DNA of 63,958 nt, the filler included, from Bigelowiella natans CCMP2755 (taxonomy: Eukaryota; Protista; Cercozoa), in the NCBI GenBank assembly GCA_000320545.1. It is 6 parts of 6 records of this genome, joined end to end, with 100 filler letters (N's around TTAATTAATTAA, not from the genome) between each part and the next. Parts side by side here need not be neighbours in the genome. Positions count along the whole stretch, not along the records: positions 30,601 to 59,592 come from ADNK01000125.1; positions 59,693 to 62,823 come from ADNK01000069.1; positions 62,924 to 63,958 come from ADNK01003735.1; 3 more parts are not named here. One strand, given 5' to 3'. The notes beneath the pieces are model-generated. The model had not been told where the DNA came from and ran no database searches. It worked only from the letters and a program-made list of their open reading frames with translations. A program made the translations under genes and the position numbers. Below, in pieces: positions 51,965 to 63,958 of the stretch (positions are counted from its first letter, which is position 1; every line of letters begins with the position of its first letter).

Positions 51965-52800
51965 TCACTCGCTGCTGCTGGAAGAGTAGGAACGTTCCTT
52001 TCTGCTTCGTTTGCTTGATTTTCCTTTGCTTCGTTCGCTACTTCGTCTGCTTCTACCTCTCCTTCTCCTATCTCTTTCTCGGCTATGGTCTCGACGTCGC
52101 CTACTTCCGTTGCCGCCACCGCCTCGCCGCGAGCGCGATTCTGATCTCGACCTAGATCTGGGGGACCTTGATCTCGGGGACCTTGATCTGTACAAGAATG
52201 AATTCACATAAAAGGGAGGCAATTCAAGGACGGCGACGACGGCACGAGCATCATAATCGTACGGAAAGCATAGAAACGTGCCTTAGATACTAACAGTCCT
52301 TCATACGCCCGACGCAATAATACTAAGACCCCTTCATCAGCAGCATCACCTTTTCTTGCTTTTCTTCTTCCTGCGACGCTTTTCCCTATCCCGCTCCTCC
52401 TCCTCTCGCCGTGTCATGCGCTCGAGCCGTCGTTTCAGCCGGCGAGCCTCAAGCTCTGCGATTTCTTCCATCTCCCGCTTCTTCCTCTCTTTAAGTTCAC
52501 GAGCACGAGCCCTCCTAGTTTTACCGACCGGAGCAACCAACCACAAGTAATTATCATTACGATATGATGCGTCCACTCTCAGAATATTGTTGTTATTGTT
52601 TGTGTGTGTGTGTTTGCATGATAGCCAGATGTGCTGCTACTTTATTTCTTTCATAGCCTCCTCGGGGGAAATGACTTCCAGCGTCAATGCACCCGCAGCA
52701 GCAGCAGCAGCAGCAGCAGAATCCATTCCTCCATCCCCTCCTCCTCCTCCTCCCGCTGCTGCTGTGGTTTCTGCTTCTGCACCCATCGTCATCATCATCG

Positions 52801-52835
<35 letters not shown>

Positions 52836-52915
52836 CCTCCATTGTTTTCGCCCAGACTGCTCATGATAGCCCCACTTCCATTGACACCTCCATCATCGAC
52901 CTCCATAGCTCCTGT

Positions 52916-52948
<33 letters not shown>

Positions 52949-53709
52949 CCCTACTAATCCCGTGCCGGCAGTGTCTTTTTGCCTGCCGCTGCTGCTAGCG
53001 ATATCAGCGATTGTAGAGGCCGCACCTACGTTTATGCTTCCCTCTTTCCCCACGCCCCCCTCTCCCCCCCGGTCTCCGTTGCTCTTGGAGGCTGCTGGGG
53101 GAGGTGCGGGATACTTGCTAGCGCGAAGAGCTGCAATAGCACGTAGATAGTTGAGATGGTTCTTGTGGGACGGGAGGAGGAAAGGCAGGATGTTTTCTAA
53201 TCCCGACAGTGCATCTGGTCCCGCTGCAAACAGAGATTTCATCATCATAAGAAGATGAAGACGAAGAAGAAGAAGAAGAAGAAGACGAAACCGTGTGATC
53301 AGAAACAGTGATAACAGTGGAGGTAATTGATTGAGGTGCTGGTATCTTATAGTAGCAGCAGCCAAAAAGGAGGAGGAAAAGGAGGAGGAGGAGGAGGACA
53401 GAGGCATATGATACCGAACTCATTACTATCATCATCATCATTATCATCAGCATTTCCATCATCAAAATAAAATAGTGATTTGGGCACGATCGAGCAGCTT
53501 CCCTTCCCCGTTCTACTCATAGACCCTCTCCCTCTCTCTCTCTCTCTCTCCCTTCTCTCCTCTGTTTCATTTGCTACATAGTCAAGAAACACTACCTCCT
53601 TCAACCACAACAGCCGCCGCTGCCTCCACCGCTGCCTTGACCCATTCCGGCAGTAGTAGTTGTTGCTGCAACGTACTACTACTACTACTGCTACTACCAA
53701 TGTTACCAT

Positions 53710-53743
<34 letters not shown>

Positions 53744-54230
53744 GTTTTGCTTCTGAAAGCCTACAATGACATTCTTATTCGAGGAAAAGATTGACCGTAT
53801 ACTCTGGAAAAGAAGCACAGCAGCAGCAGCAGTAGTGGTAGTAGTAGTAGTAGTGGTAGTGGTAGTAGTAGTAGTAGTAGTCGCGAGAAGCAAACAAACA
53901 CAGCGTCAAAACCATCAGTCATCGTTGCAGCAACGATCAAGTAAAACATCATCGTTAATGACACTGAAGTGGTAGTGGTAGTAGTAGTGCTAGTAGGAGT
54001 GGTAGGGAGAGTACAATGTAGGCTTTATATAGGCTTTGACACACACACACACACACACACGCACACACATCACCGCCACCAACAGCAACAAAGGAAACGA
54101 AAATTAGGAGTAGATGAAAAAGACACAAACACTCTTAGGCACGGTAGTTTGGATTGATTTGCTACAAGCCACCTTTATTATCTCCGCTGTGGCTTCTGGT
54201 GCTGGTTTCTGGTCTATAGTCGACTACAAA

Positions 54231-54274
<44 letters not shown>

Positions 54275-54705
54275 ATAGGTGCGATAAATTAGGGTTAAAA
54301 GACAGATCTTATACTTATTATTAGGAGAAGAAGCAAAAAACTCCAAGACGTAAAGACATCGGCATTTCTCCTCCGACATACGGACTACGCCGGCATAATA
54401 AAAGGTAATAATCGGTGTTTCCCTTTCCCCCTCTATGCTGTAGGAATGCGACGACATTGCTACAACGATGCAGTAGCTGCCTTCCTTCTTCATTATCATT
54501 ATCATCATCATCATCACCATCATCATCTTCATTATTACAAATACTGCTGCTGCTGCTGCTGCTGCTGCTGGTGGTGGTGGTGGTGGTGGTGGTGGTACCA
54601 ATCTCCATCCTGGCTGAATGCCGTGCTTATGCGCTTGAAAACCTTCTTCTACCTATGATGTAGTGGTGGTAGGTGGGTGATGGTGTCGATGCTGCCCCCC
54701 CCCCT

Positions 54706-54784
<79 letters not shown>

Positions 54785-55458
54785 GTGAGTGTGTTGCCTT
54801 TATTAGATGCTTCATAGGTGCTGTTAATACATACACGTTGCTAGTTGCTTTGTGCTTCTCCTCCTCCTCCTCCTTCTACTACTTCTTCTTCTACTACTAC
54901 TTCTTCTTCTCCTACTACAACTACTAAATGATGTACTACCTTTGTAACTAATCGTCCCTTGAATTGAAACCCTATCTTACCGGGTTGGAACTCCACCATG
55001 TGGAGCAATGATGACTCCCTTGTTCCTTAATCCGGAATCCATCGCCGTTCAGGAGGTGGAGGAGGAGGAGGAGGAGGAGGGCTGCTCTAGAGTTGTTCTC
55101 CTCGCCACCTTTCCAGGGGGCATCATAAGGAACTTCCCGTTGCTGCCTTCGCCGTTTGAAGAGGAGAGAGAGGGGGGCTTGTTCTCATCTTCTTCTTCCT
55201 CTCCTCCCCCTTCCTGCTGCGGTTGGGGGGGAGGAGCAGCGGTAAGCACCTTGCTTGGATCGTGCCTTACATCCGTATTCTTGATGAAACTAACGAATGT
55301 GTTGGAGGAGGCGATGAGAAATAACAGGCTTGCGATTAAGGTGCCCCACGGCGTTAATACCTCTGAATTCAGAAGGAGGCCGCATGCTTGCATACATTTA
55401 TCCATCATCATTGGTAGCTGGCAGTGTTTGCTACTACTACTACTACTACTAGTGTTTG

Positions 55459-55490
<32 letters not shown>

Positions 55491-55491
55491 G

Positions 55492-55527
<36 letters not shown>

Positions 55528-56325
55528 CCACCACCACTGACTACTAGTACCACCATTACCACGGATAATATGACCACGTAGTTAAGGTTTTTAGAATATA
55601 CTCTGAGTCTCACCCCCCCCCCCCCCCTTTCTCTCTCGCTTTATGCGTGCGAGTGTTGTGTGCACGCGATTTATGTACGATCATACATCAACGGAATTAG
55701 GGACCTCACTCTCGTGACAGAATTCAGCTTCCATCCTGGGTAGTCTGCATACCGAAACTTATCTAAAACTTTATCGTTAACACCCTCTTCTCCTCCTCCT
55801 CCTCCTCCTCCTTCTGCGGCTCCATTGTCCTTGCTATCAGGGAGTAGAGAACAAGAAAGAAATGAAAATGAAGAAAGAAGAAAGGTATTTTAAACCCGAA
55901 ATGTGGCTGGTTGAGGTCGTTAAAATGACAACTATACTGCTATCCTCAATCATTACGTTGATAGGACGTCCTTCATCATGTCTGGAGTCATTATTGCCCG
56001 CACATCAAATCTGTCAATCTGAGGAGCAGGAGGAGGAGGAGGTGGAGGAAGAAGAGGAATTCAAAGCACAGTAGTCATCATACAGCAAAAAAGTAAAGAG
56101 TAAGTTAGTGGAGGTAGGATTAGTATTCAAAGTAAGCAGAAAATCTCGATATCTATGGTTTTTTGACCCCATAACTTACCGTATTACGGCAAAATAATCA
56201 ATGCTTTCATAACAATATAAAATCGTATTATTATATGTAGTATATGTGTTTTAAAGCAAACAACCTTGACTTCGTCATCATCATTCCAGGGTGTTAAGTG
56301 GGCGCCTAAGAATGGAGGGAGAGAG

Positions 56326-56356
<31 letters not shown>

Positions 56357-56680
56357 TTAAGGACATGCCAAATTCAGGAGACGAATGCAAAATGCCTGCT
56401 ATTTTTCATACGTCAGTAACACCCACATACAATACACTTCCCATGATCTTTATGCGTATTTATGCATAATGATTTGAACATCGCCTTACCTTGATCTAGA
56501 CGCATTGCCGTGGCGTCATCCTAATCAATTCAAGCGATGATGATGCGGACCAATGTGAAAAGATTTCACCATTCTTCCATCTTTTCTCTGGTTTTCTATT
56601 ACATCTCTCGGAATGTTTACAAAGGAGAGCACGAAAATGCAAACTTCTACAAAATGCACGTAAATGACACAAACATCGAG

Positions 56681-56721
<41 letters not shown>

Positions 56722-57172
56722 TTTTCTTAATATGCATTGCTTGTTATCGGATCCTATAAATCACATCCCATTCACACTATTTTTCGACAAGCTTACAATA
56801 ACATTGAATATATTTAGAATGTGGAAACGAACCTTATAAATCTTGCAAAAGTAACCTCGGATAGATAGCGTAGCTTTCTCGTCCGAAGCGTCCTTTTTCT
56901 CCTTTCCAAAACGAAAAATTTTGAGTGTGTTGATAATAACACGAGATTCTTACGGCAACCTTATCTTCTATATCTTGGTTGGGATCGAACAGTGCGAAAT
57001 CCAGTTTCCTATGATCAATATCGAAAGATGCAAAATGAGAAAGTGACTACGGATTCATATACGCGCTTTTTACCTTTCCATCTCCTCTTTGAGCGAAGAT
57101 GTGGAACTCTCTGGCTTGCTCCACTAAAGAATAAATAGTTTCAGTACGATTCATGAAAAGGCTCTACCAACA

Positions 57173-57209
<37 letters not shown>

Positions 57210-57426
57210 GGAATTCTCGGTTTGAGCGCATTGTGTTATCAGGATAAGGGTAATAAACGTCCATCAAGAAACCTGCGTTGCGTTTGTCTCTTTATTCCAG
57301 TAATATGTTCGACCATCCTTAGTTTTAACCTAATTGTCGAAGACGTGGGATGATTAGATCAGTTCATAGTTGGTATCGCAGCAGGACCTCCCTCCAAGGA
57401 GCCGCAGGAGGTTGCTCCTCCGCCAT
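51965..57426 (-). CDS. Large protein with N-terminal WW domain and C-terminal charged/RS-rich tail (probable RNA-processing factor)
   Basis: Spliced MAEEQPPAAPWRE|VKTKDGRTYYWNKETNATQ|WSKP forms a WW domain; last exon RSRSPRSRSPRSRSRS...SSSSE*. Continuity of the middle exons is assumed. Confidence 0.65.
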
Positions 57427-57921
57427 TTTTCCGCGAGAGTTTTGATGATCTCAGACCATTTTTCTACCAACGTCATCAAGTGAAGCCAGTTTAGACACAA
57501 AAAGGTCCTGGGAAATCTGAAGTCACGTTTTTGTGAAATTGTGTTTAATTTTGTATCGCGACAACTATATGTATTTCATCTAAACTAACTTCTAAGTAAT
57601 CATCAATTAAGACTCTCCGAAAACTGGACAGTTACATTGAGACATTTCTCTTGGCGAAGTTTTTAGTACGTGACATGGTATTATGTTTGTCGCAGGAACT
57701 AGATCCTCGATACTGATGCCTCGTACGAGTAGTTCTCAGGTCATGGTATTTAGGAACTCCATCAATTTCGCTGCTAGGGCTAACCGAAGGTAGAAAATTG
57801 GGGGAAAAAACAGTTTTAAGTGTATTTTTGGCATGAAATCTAGGGCAATTCAGCCAAATAAAACATGTACTACGAGCTAATGCGGGAGAAAGAATGATGG
57901 CGGTGCCATGAAGCCCGACCT

Positions 57922-59592
57922 ATGAAAGGCCAGCTCCCACGGCACTTTTTATTCTTACTGTTGCTGTTCCAGCGCACGCGGGCTACAGGTTGACACTTCA
58001 CATCTAACGTACTAGATACATGGCAATGCAAATCTAACTTTTATTCGTAACGCCATTCGTAGGAAGTCCGAGTCTGTGTCCCGTTGTCTCAGCAGGCACT
58101 TTCGGTGAGTAACCCTTGATCCCTTCTGATACTTCTAGTTTCCTTGCTTCATCATATATCAAACGCCGAGGTATTGTTGTCATGACCAGGCACTAACACT
58201 TTTCCATCAATAATCCCTGCAGCACCGTCTTCAGGTCCAAGGAGCTCTATCCACAATGTCACGTTCAGCCCAACAGCAAGTCCGGCAACTCAAGGTGGGG
58301 ATACCCGCTATTTTTTACGTATTATTTGTTCGGCATTATGCTTATGTTGGTGCTTAACCTTCTAACAACACTATATTCTCAAATCTGGTCATCAATTCTA
58401 GTGCCGTCACCATCACCAACTCTTTCGCCACGAACATCCACTCCAACAAGCACTTGTAATCCCTCGAAGTCCCCCTCACACAGTAAGATGCCCTACATCG
58501 ACTAATACTTTGTCTCTTGTTTCTAATAAGCAAACTTTACATAAATAAGAAATACGCCTTCAAAACAAGCGCTGGAACGAACTTTGTCTTATTTTTTCTT
58601 TCCTACTGCAGCCCCTACCGGAAGGCCGTCTTTCAGTCCTATGAGCTGTGCTCCAACCAATACGTATAACCCAACAGCAGTTCCAAGCTCGAGATGTCCG
58701 ACAACTCAAGGTTGAACCCCTTAAATTTTATGCCTGAAAGCAGACCCAAGTGTAATATCGATGCAATATCCTATAAACTACAGTGCCGTCGCTATCGCCA
58801 ACTCTTTCGCCACGAACGTCCGCTCCTACTCTTTCACCACGAACATCCACTCCAACAAGCACTTGTAATCCCTCGAAGTCCCCCAGCCAGGGTAGGGACT
58901 ACTATCATTACTTTTAATACCGTAGTGCTGAGTTGTTAGAAGTATAGATAATATAATAATTACATGGTAATAATACAGCAATTTTCGCATATCTGAATAA
59001 AGCACATATATAAAATAAACGAATTTTATTTGGATGATTTGGTAGAGTAATTGATTTTGAATATGGCATTAACCAGGACCATCATTTCCTCCATCAAGGG
59101 TTCCAACAGTTACATGCAATCCAACCACGGCGGTACAGCTTATTTTATTTTGTATCTTCAAACTTATATAATTTAATTGTGATGTAAGAGCACAAAAAGA
59201 TATTTATATATATCCCCGTGAAAATTATAAATTCTTCTCGTTGAACATCGACAAAGCGGCGAATGCATCTGTCCTTACTTTCCCTGGCCTTCATATGTCA
59301 ACCGAACCGCACTTGAATGATCTATATCCAATTAACATAATGCTCACTGCGATACATGCACGCAGGCTCCTTCTGCCACACCATTCACATTCGGTCCTAC
59401 TGTATTCAAGGTACTGAGCCGCCTCATAGAGGGCTATCTAGACACGTAATATAAACGCTGCGACTCAGAAAATTTATTCCTCTTGTACTTTCCCCCACTC
59501 TCCCTACGACAGCAAGTACGCTTGGAAAATAAATTAGAATGGGGGTTTCCAGGTACTAGCAGAGGGCTTTCTCCAGGTGTATGATGCAGTGG
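57922..59592 (+). CDS. Secreted mucin-like Pro/Thr/Ser-repeat protein, runs into the gap
   Basis: Signal MKGQLPRHFLFLLLLFQRTRAT; small exons encode SPTASP, SPTLSPRTSTPTSTCNPSKSP and similar repeats. Confidence 0.75.
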
Positions 59593-59692
59593 NNNNNNNN
59601 NNNNNNNNNNNNNNNNNNNNNNNNNNNNNNNNNNNNTTAATTAATTAANNNNNNNNNNNNNNNNNNNNNNNNNNNNNNNNNNNNNNNNNNNN

Positions 59693-60091
59693 CGAGAAAG
59701 GAAGATGCGCCGTGAGGGGGGAAGCAGGAGAAGTCAAGGAGACGAATCAGGTGGAGGCGGAGGGGGAGGAGGTACTTACTAATACGTCACTTACTCTGCA
59801 GTTAGCATTCAATTTGTGGGGTGTAATATCATGATTCGAATGCGTCTCTTCCTGCATATGTATGCTACCAAAATGACTGAATAAGCATCATCAACACATG
59901 CACAAATACAGTATTACTTCGTATGAGGTTTCATCATCATCACCCATCATCATCATCATCATCATCATCATTATCTCTTTTCACAGATGTCAATAGTAGC
60001 GAGGGAGGAGGGAGATCTAATCAAGGTTATAGGAGCAGTGTTGTAGTAGCGGTGGTGGCGCGTTGCATGTGATGAGGTTGTGTGTACGCAC

Positions 60092-60128
<37 letters not shown>

Positions 60129-60728
60129 CGCGCTTGCAGATTTTGTATTTACCAAACCATTCCAATACTCAGCGACAGCAACCCAAAAACATCTAATACA
60201 TTTCTCTCTCAAGACAATTGTTCCTCGCGTCTAGTAATCTAATAGCACCAACTCTTTGAATACAACAAGAAACCGAATACATTTTCTATCCGCCCATTAA
60301 GGGAACGTTTCTTCCTTAGATTCGGAGGGAACCAGACACGCACGCGCGGCTTTGCAAGACATGCAGATTGGACGATGGTAGAAGATAGAAGAGAGGGACC
60401 GCTCGTTTGGAATACCACTCATGCCAACCTGCATCACTCATGTATAATCTATAACCCCGCTGCTGGCCACAAAACGATATCCGAGCTTATGATTTCGGAT
60501 TCAATCGCTCTCCTCGCCAAAAGTACACACGCACGCTCCCAAACATAATTTACCCTGGACCACTGCGTCGGTTTCAGGTATGCTGGAGGCCTCGGGGATA
60601 CTAAGGAGGCGTCTCGATCAGAGCGATGGCAACTGCTACTTTCGATCATGAAGCAAAGGTGACTCCACGGCTGTACCTTTCACACCCAATTATGCACCAC
60701 ACAAAACACACGCGGTCACATACATTAG

Positions 60729-60788
<60 letters not shown>

Positions 60789-61266
60789 ATATATGTAGTA
60801 TACAGGATATGTTTGTTTACTCCACAGAATGCTCCGCAACATAAATCTCATTTCCCCCTTCTCCCCCCCCCTCCCCATTGTTATCTATGACGAAGGTTTA
60901 TGCAGGGAAGGGAAGGCGATGTGGACTATAATACGATCGACAATGACACCAGGTAGTATGTGTATGCAGTTAGAAAGAGGTGAGTAGTTGTGTGAGTGTG
61001 AGTTCGGCGAGAATTTATTAGAGTGTGTTAAGCTTGATGCTGAATGTACCAAATATCAGATAATCGGATTTCATTATGACAATGTACAAATCATTTATGA
61101 TACTACTATGAATCACCATCATCACCATCACGTCAGTCAGCATCCGCTCTCTTGTCATTCGACTTACATAGACACGGCCATGCCGTGATGATAATAATGT
61201 TCATTCAGCTTGGACGATTTTGCCGAGATGAGTCGCGACGCTGAGGAACGGTGGTTTGAATGCTGA
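59693..61266 (+). CDS. CCDC97 (DUF2052)-like protein, 3' portion
   Basis: Last exons splice to ERWQLLLSIMKQR|FMQGREGDVDYNTIDNDTS|LDDFAEMSRDAEERWFEC*, matching the CCDC97 C-terminal pattern MxxRFLxGxDxDFDYxxVDxxxxxD...RDxEERYF. Confidence 0.75.
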
Positions 61267-61995
61267 TGACATTGTGCGCCAGCTTGATGATGGGAGACCA
61301 CCAACCACTCTTGCACAGCGATAATACTAGCTAGCTAGAATGATGTCACTGATGTGAGCAGCAGCTACGATGCACGAGAAGAGTCATGAATTTGCATGCA
61401 TGCACGTGCGACATTCGTTTTTAATGCACGTGTGCAATTGATCGGCGACGGTGCAATATATGTGTGCTTGTATACTAGCTTGTGCTTCATCCATCATCTG
61501 AACTGCGTGCTACGCGCACAAGGACCTCAGCTGAAACAGCATCTATCTGCCGCATCAGCGTGTACCAGTGCACGGGCGCAATGCCATGGCGTGCGGAAGT
61601 GCTAGCTCTCATCATTGGTATAAGAGTATAAGAGCGCTCTGTTGACCAGTGCTAGGTGGTCGAACACGTAGCGTGCAAATGCTCCGGTCTAGCGGTCATA
61701 ACCCCATGTCTCTAGATCCTATAAACCAATTGTTCATGCTCATGCATGCACATTCTACATAGAAGCAGCTCTAGCAAATATTTGGTGATAGTCCGTTTTG
61801 TCCAGAGGAACAGGATTCGTCTGACAGCCATCATTTGCAGCGAGCTCAGCCAAGACCTGCCCACGAAACATGCACATTCATAACTACGAAGTGGTCTGCG
61901 AGAACTTAATGTTCTCCAGTCTGTTAGGTACACAAGAATAACGACAATTTTGGGCAGCACTAGAAACAGTAATGAAACGTTTGTGAATGCCATGT

Positions 61996-62823
61996 TCACT
62001 TATCGGCGCCGAGTGGCTCTGATTGTACCTCGACATCCTTGCCCTCCGCCCCCTCTGGCACCAGATCCTGGATAAGGCAGCGTGCATTCACGACAATAAG
62101 AAGAATGCGGCAATTCCACTATGAAGCTCCGAATTGGCCACAGTTAGAATCGTTTTTGCGACTACTCTCGGTTCAGGGCCGTCTCTCGACGTGGCGAAAC
62201 GCACGCCTGCATCCACATGCACATAGAATTCACCTTACACCCGACAACGATCCCGGAGCTTTCGAAGCGTTTGAGAAACCCATTTACCTTGATAGGATTA
62301 AGAATTGTATGACTAAAGGAATCAAGACCCGAAAAAGGGCTGTCCCTTCTCGCCTTAGAGCGTCCCCCCTTCCCATCTATATGCCTCACCTGCATGCACA
62401 TGTCCACATAGAAATTCGAATATACGCAAATTCGCGGTGCTTGTGTATGTGTGTGTGTGGGGGGGGTTATAAGGGAGGGGGGGGGGGGCATCTACATTTT
62501 GAGAGAGTGACGTCCCATGAGAGGGGGAGGCGGAAGAGGTGGGGGAGAAAGTGCTAATCAATTCGGCGAGTGCTCCAGCGCGTTCTTTCGCTTCCTGCAG
62601 GGTATATATATGAATATTATCTACTCCATAGAATCATGAAATCAACTACATTGACAAGCAAGCGAAACCTCTCAAATACATCCCCAGGTGGTAGTTACCC
62701 CATCAAAATCTTGTCTAGATTCGGAGTGCTCAATCACAGGAACGGCCATGCGGGCAATGCACTCACCATGATGCCTGTGAAACACGGCCCCAACTGCGGC
62801 AGTATCCGACGAGAAGAGAAAGA
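61996..62823 (-). CDS. 3' part of a gene, possibly a short-chain dehydrogenase/reductase C-terminus
   Basis: Exons LGPCFTGIM|DKILMG ... RDGPEPRVVAKTILTVANS resemble the SDR (P)GPVxT and PExVAxxI segments; the catalytic part is not visible. Confidence 0.35.
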
Positions 62824-63386
62824 NNNNNNNNNNNNNNNNNNNNNNNNNNNNNNNNNNNNNNNNNNNNTTAATTAATTAANNNNNNNNNNNNNNNNNNNNN
62901 NNNNNNNNNNNNNNNNNNNNNNNATAGGGTACAACCTGGCGGTCCTACGCCTTGCTTTGGCTCCAATCTGGAGCGTCCCTCTCCCCCTCCAAGTCAAACA
63001 ACACTGCAGTAGACTTCACACGTGTGTGCACATATATAGTAGACAGGGGAGGGGAGGAGGCGGGGGAGAAGCACAGCGAGTGAACAAAGAAGATAAAGTG
63101 AATACAGAAGCGATTAGGTCATTTCCTAATCTTATCTTTTCTAAAATCCCGCTTAACTAACAACCCTTTCCTCTGAAACCATTTCTATGTTTCAAGGTGT
63201 CTCTAAGTGTCCGTGGTTTCCCCCCCCCCCCCGCCCCTTCCCTCTTTCTCTTACATGGCAGTATGAAAAGAGGGCAAAAGCAATATTTAGCGCGACAAAA
63301 CAAATTCATATGCAATTCGTACGATCCATTCGCATGCGTGCGTTGATACGCCTCATCATGGAATGAGCTGATGCGGTGATTGCTAC

Positions 63387-63606
63387 CTCAGCTCCATGCT
63401 CGCCGGCTAGCTTGCTTGCGATCTCCTCCACTTCCGCAGGGCCGAGGATGTTGGCGGGTAGGTTTATCATGTCTCGTGCTTTTAAGTTTTAAAGGCAATT
63501 TAACAAGTTGCAAAGAAACTTTTCAAAAGCTCTATCTGCAGGAGGATTTTCTGCTCAGGATGCCATTGCGAGGCAGTCAGGATTCTGCTACATGTACTTG
63601 TTTGTA

Positions 63607-63684
<78 letters not shown>

Positions 63685-63794
63685 ATACTGTTAAGAGAAC
63701 CTAAGAACATCGATTCTACGATAGCTCCGACCTTCGCAGCATCGACTTCCTACCAGTAATGTAAGCTTGCATTCAGTATACAACATATTTCTTG

Positions 63795-63872
<78 letters not shown>

Positions 63873-63958
63873 CGGCAATTTTGTAAGGAAGAGGTAATGT
63901 GCAGTCAATGGAAATTAACAATTTAATACCTTTGGTAGGAGCAACGATGCTGGTGGTT
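63387..63958 (-). CDS. Leucyl aminopeptidase family M17 (PepB-like), internal exons 63749-63701 and 63478-63387; partial
   Basis: Spliced ...AIVESMFL|ARDMINLPANILGPAEVEEIASKLAGEHGAE matches the M17 catalytic-domain entry motif ARDLINxPAN.xGP. Confidence 0.75.

Larger units (their letters stand above)
15400..63900. repeat. Numerous intronic microsatellites: (CA)n, (GA)n, (TA)n, (CAT)n, (TAC)n, poly-G/C
   Basis: Examples at 16633-16665, 19555-19613, 23420-23450, 27210-27244, 30427-30496, 53680-53880 and 60733-60782. Confidence 0.95.

Noticed and set aside
47900-56800. Many ORFs with poly-His/Ile/Val/Cys/ER/HT runs
   Set aside because: Translations of intronic microsatellites or antisense frames of real exons.

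Overview
Gene-dense, intron-rich eukaryotic nuclear DNA with five 100-nt assembly gaps (N44-TTAATTAATTAA-N44). Several N-termini look like signal peptide plus transit peptide, and a PPH1/TAP38-like phosphatase is present; together these suggest an alga with a green-derived secondary plastid such as a chlorarachniophyte (inference). Gene models were spliced by eye: a kinesin, two unrelated sulfotransferases, a Cdc15/SepA/MAP3K-epsilon-like kinase, ETF-beta, a PP2C, an S28 peptidase, a Deltex-like WWE-RING-DTC E3 ligase head-to-head with NPL4, a WW plus RS-tail protein, mucin-like secreted proteins, CCDC97-like and M17 aminopeptidase fragments, and two identical tRNA-Pro(TGG) genes. The top finding is a Ty3/gypsy-type LTR retrotransposon with an uninterrupted pol (30601-34493; its 5' part is in a gap). 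Its integrase has an unusual D(27)E core and is fused at the C-terminus to a domain resembling the Dam-like N6-adenine methyltransferase of DIRS elements. It also has an internal copy of the polypurine tract and a hairpin-rich LTR. Other signals: CTAG/CATG/TGCA palindrome fields in seven convergent intergenic regions, a recurrent TGTCGC motif in divergent (promoter) regions, and a broken G53-C61 pair in both tRNA-Pro genes. All family calls rest on recalled motifs, not database searches.
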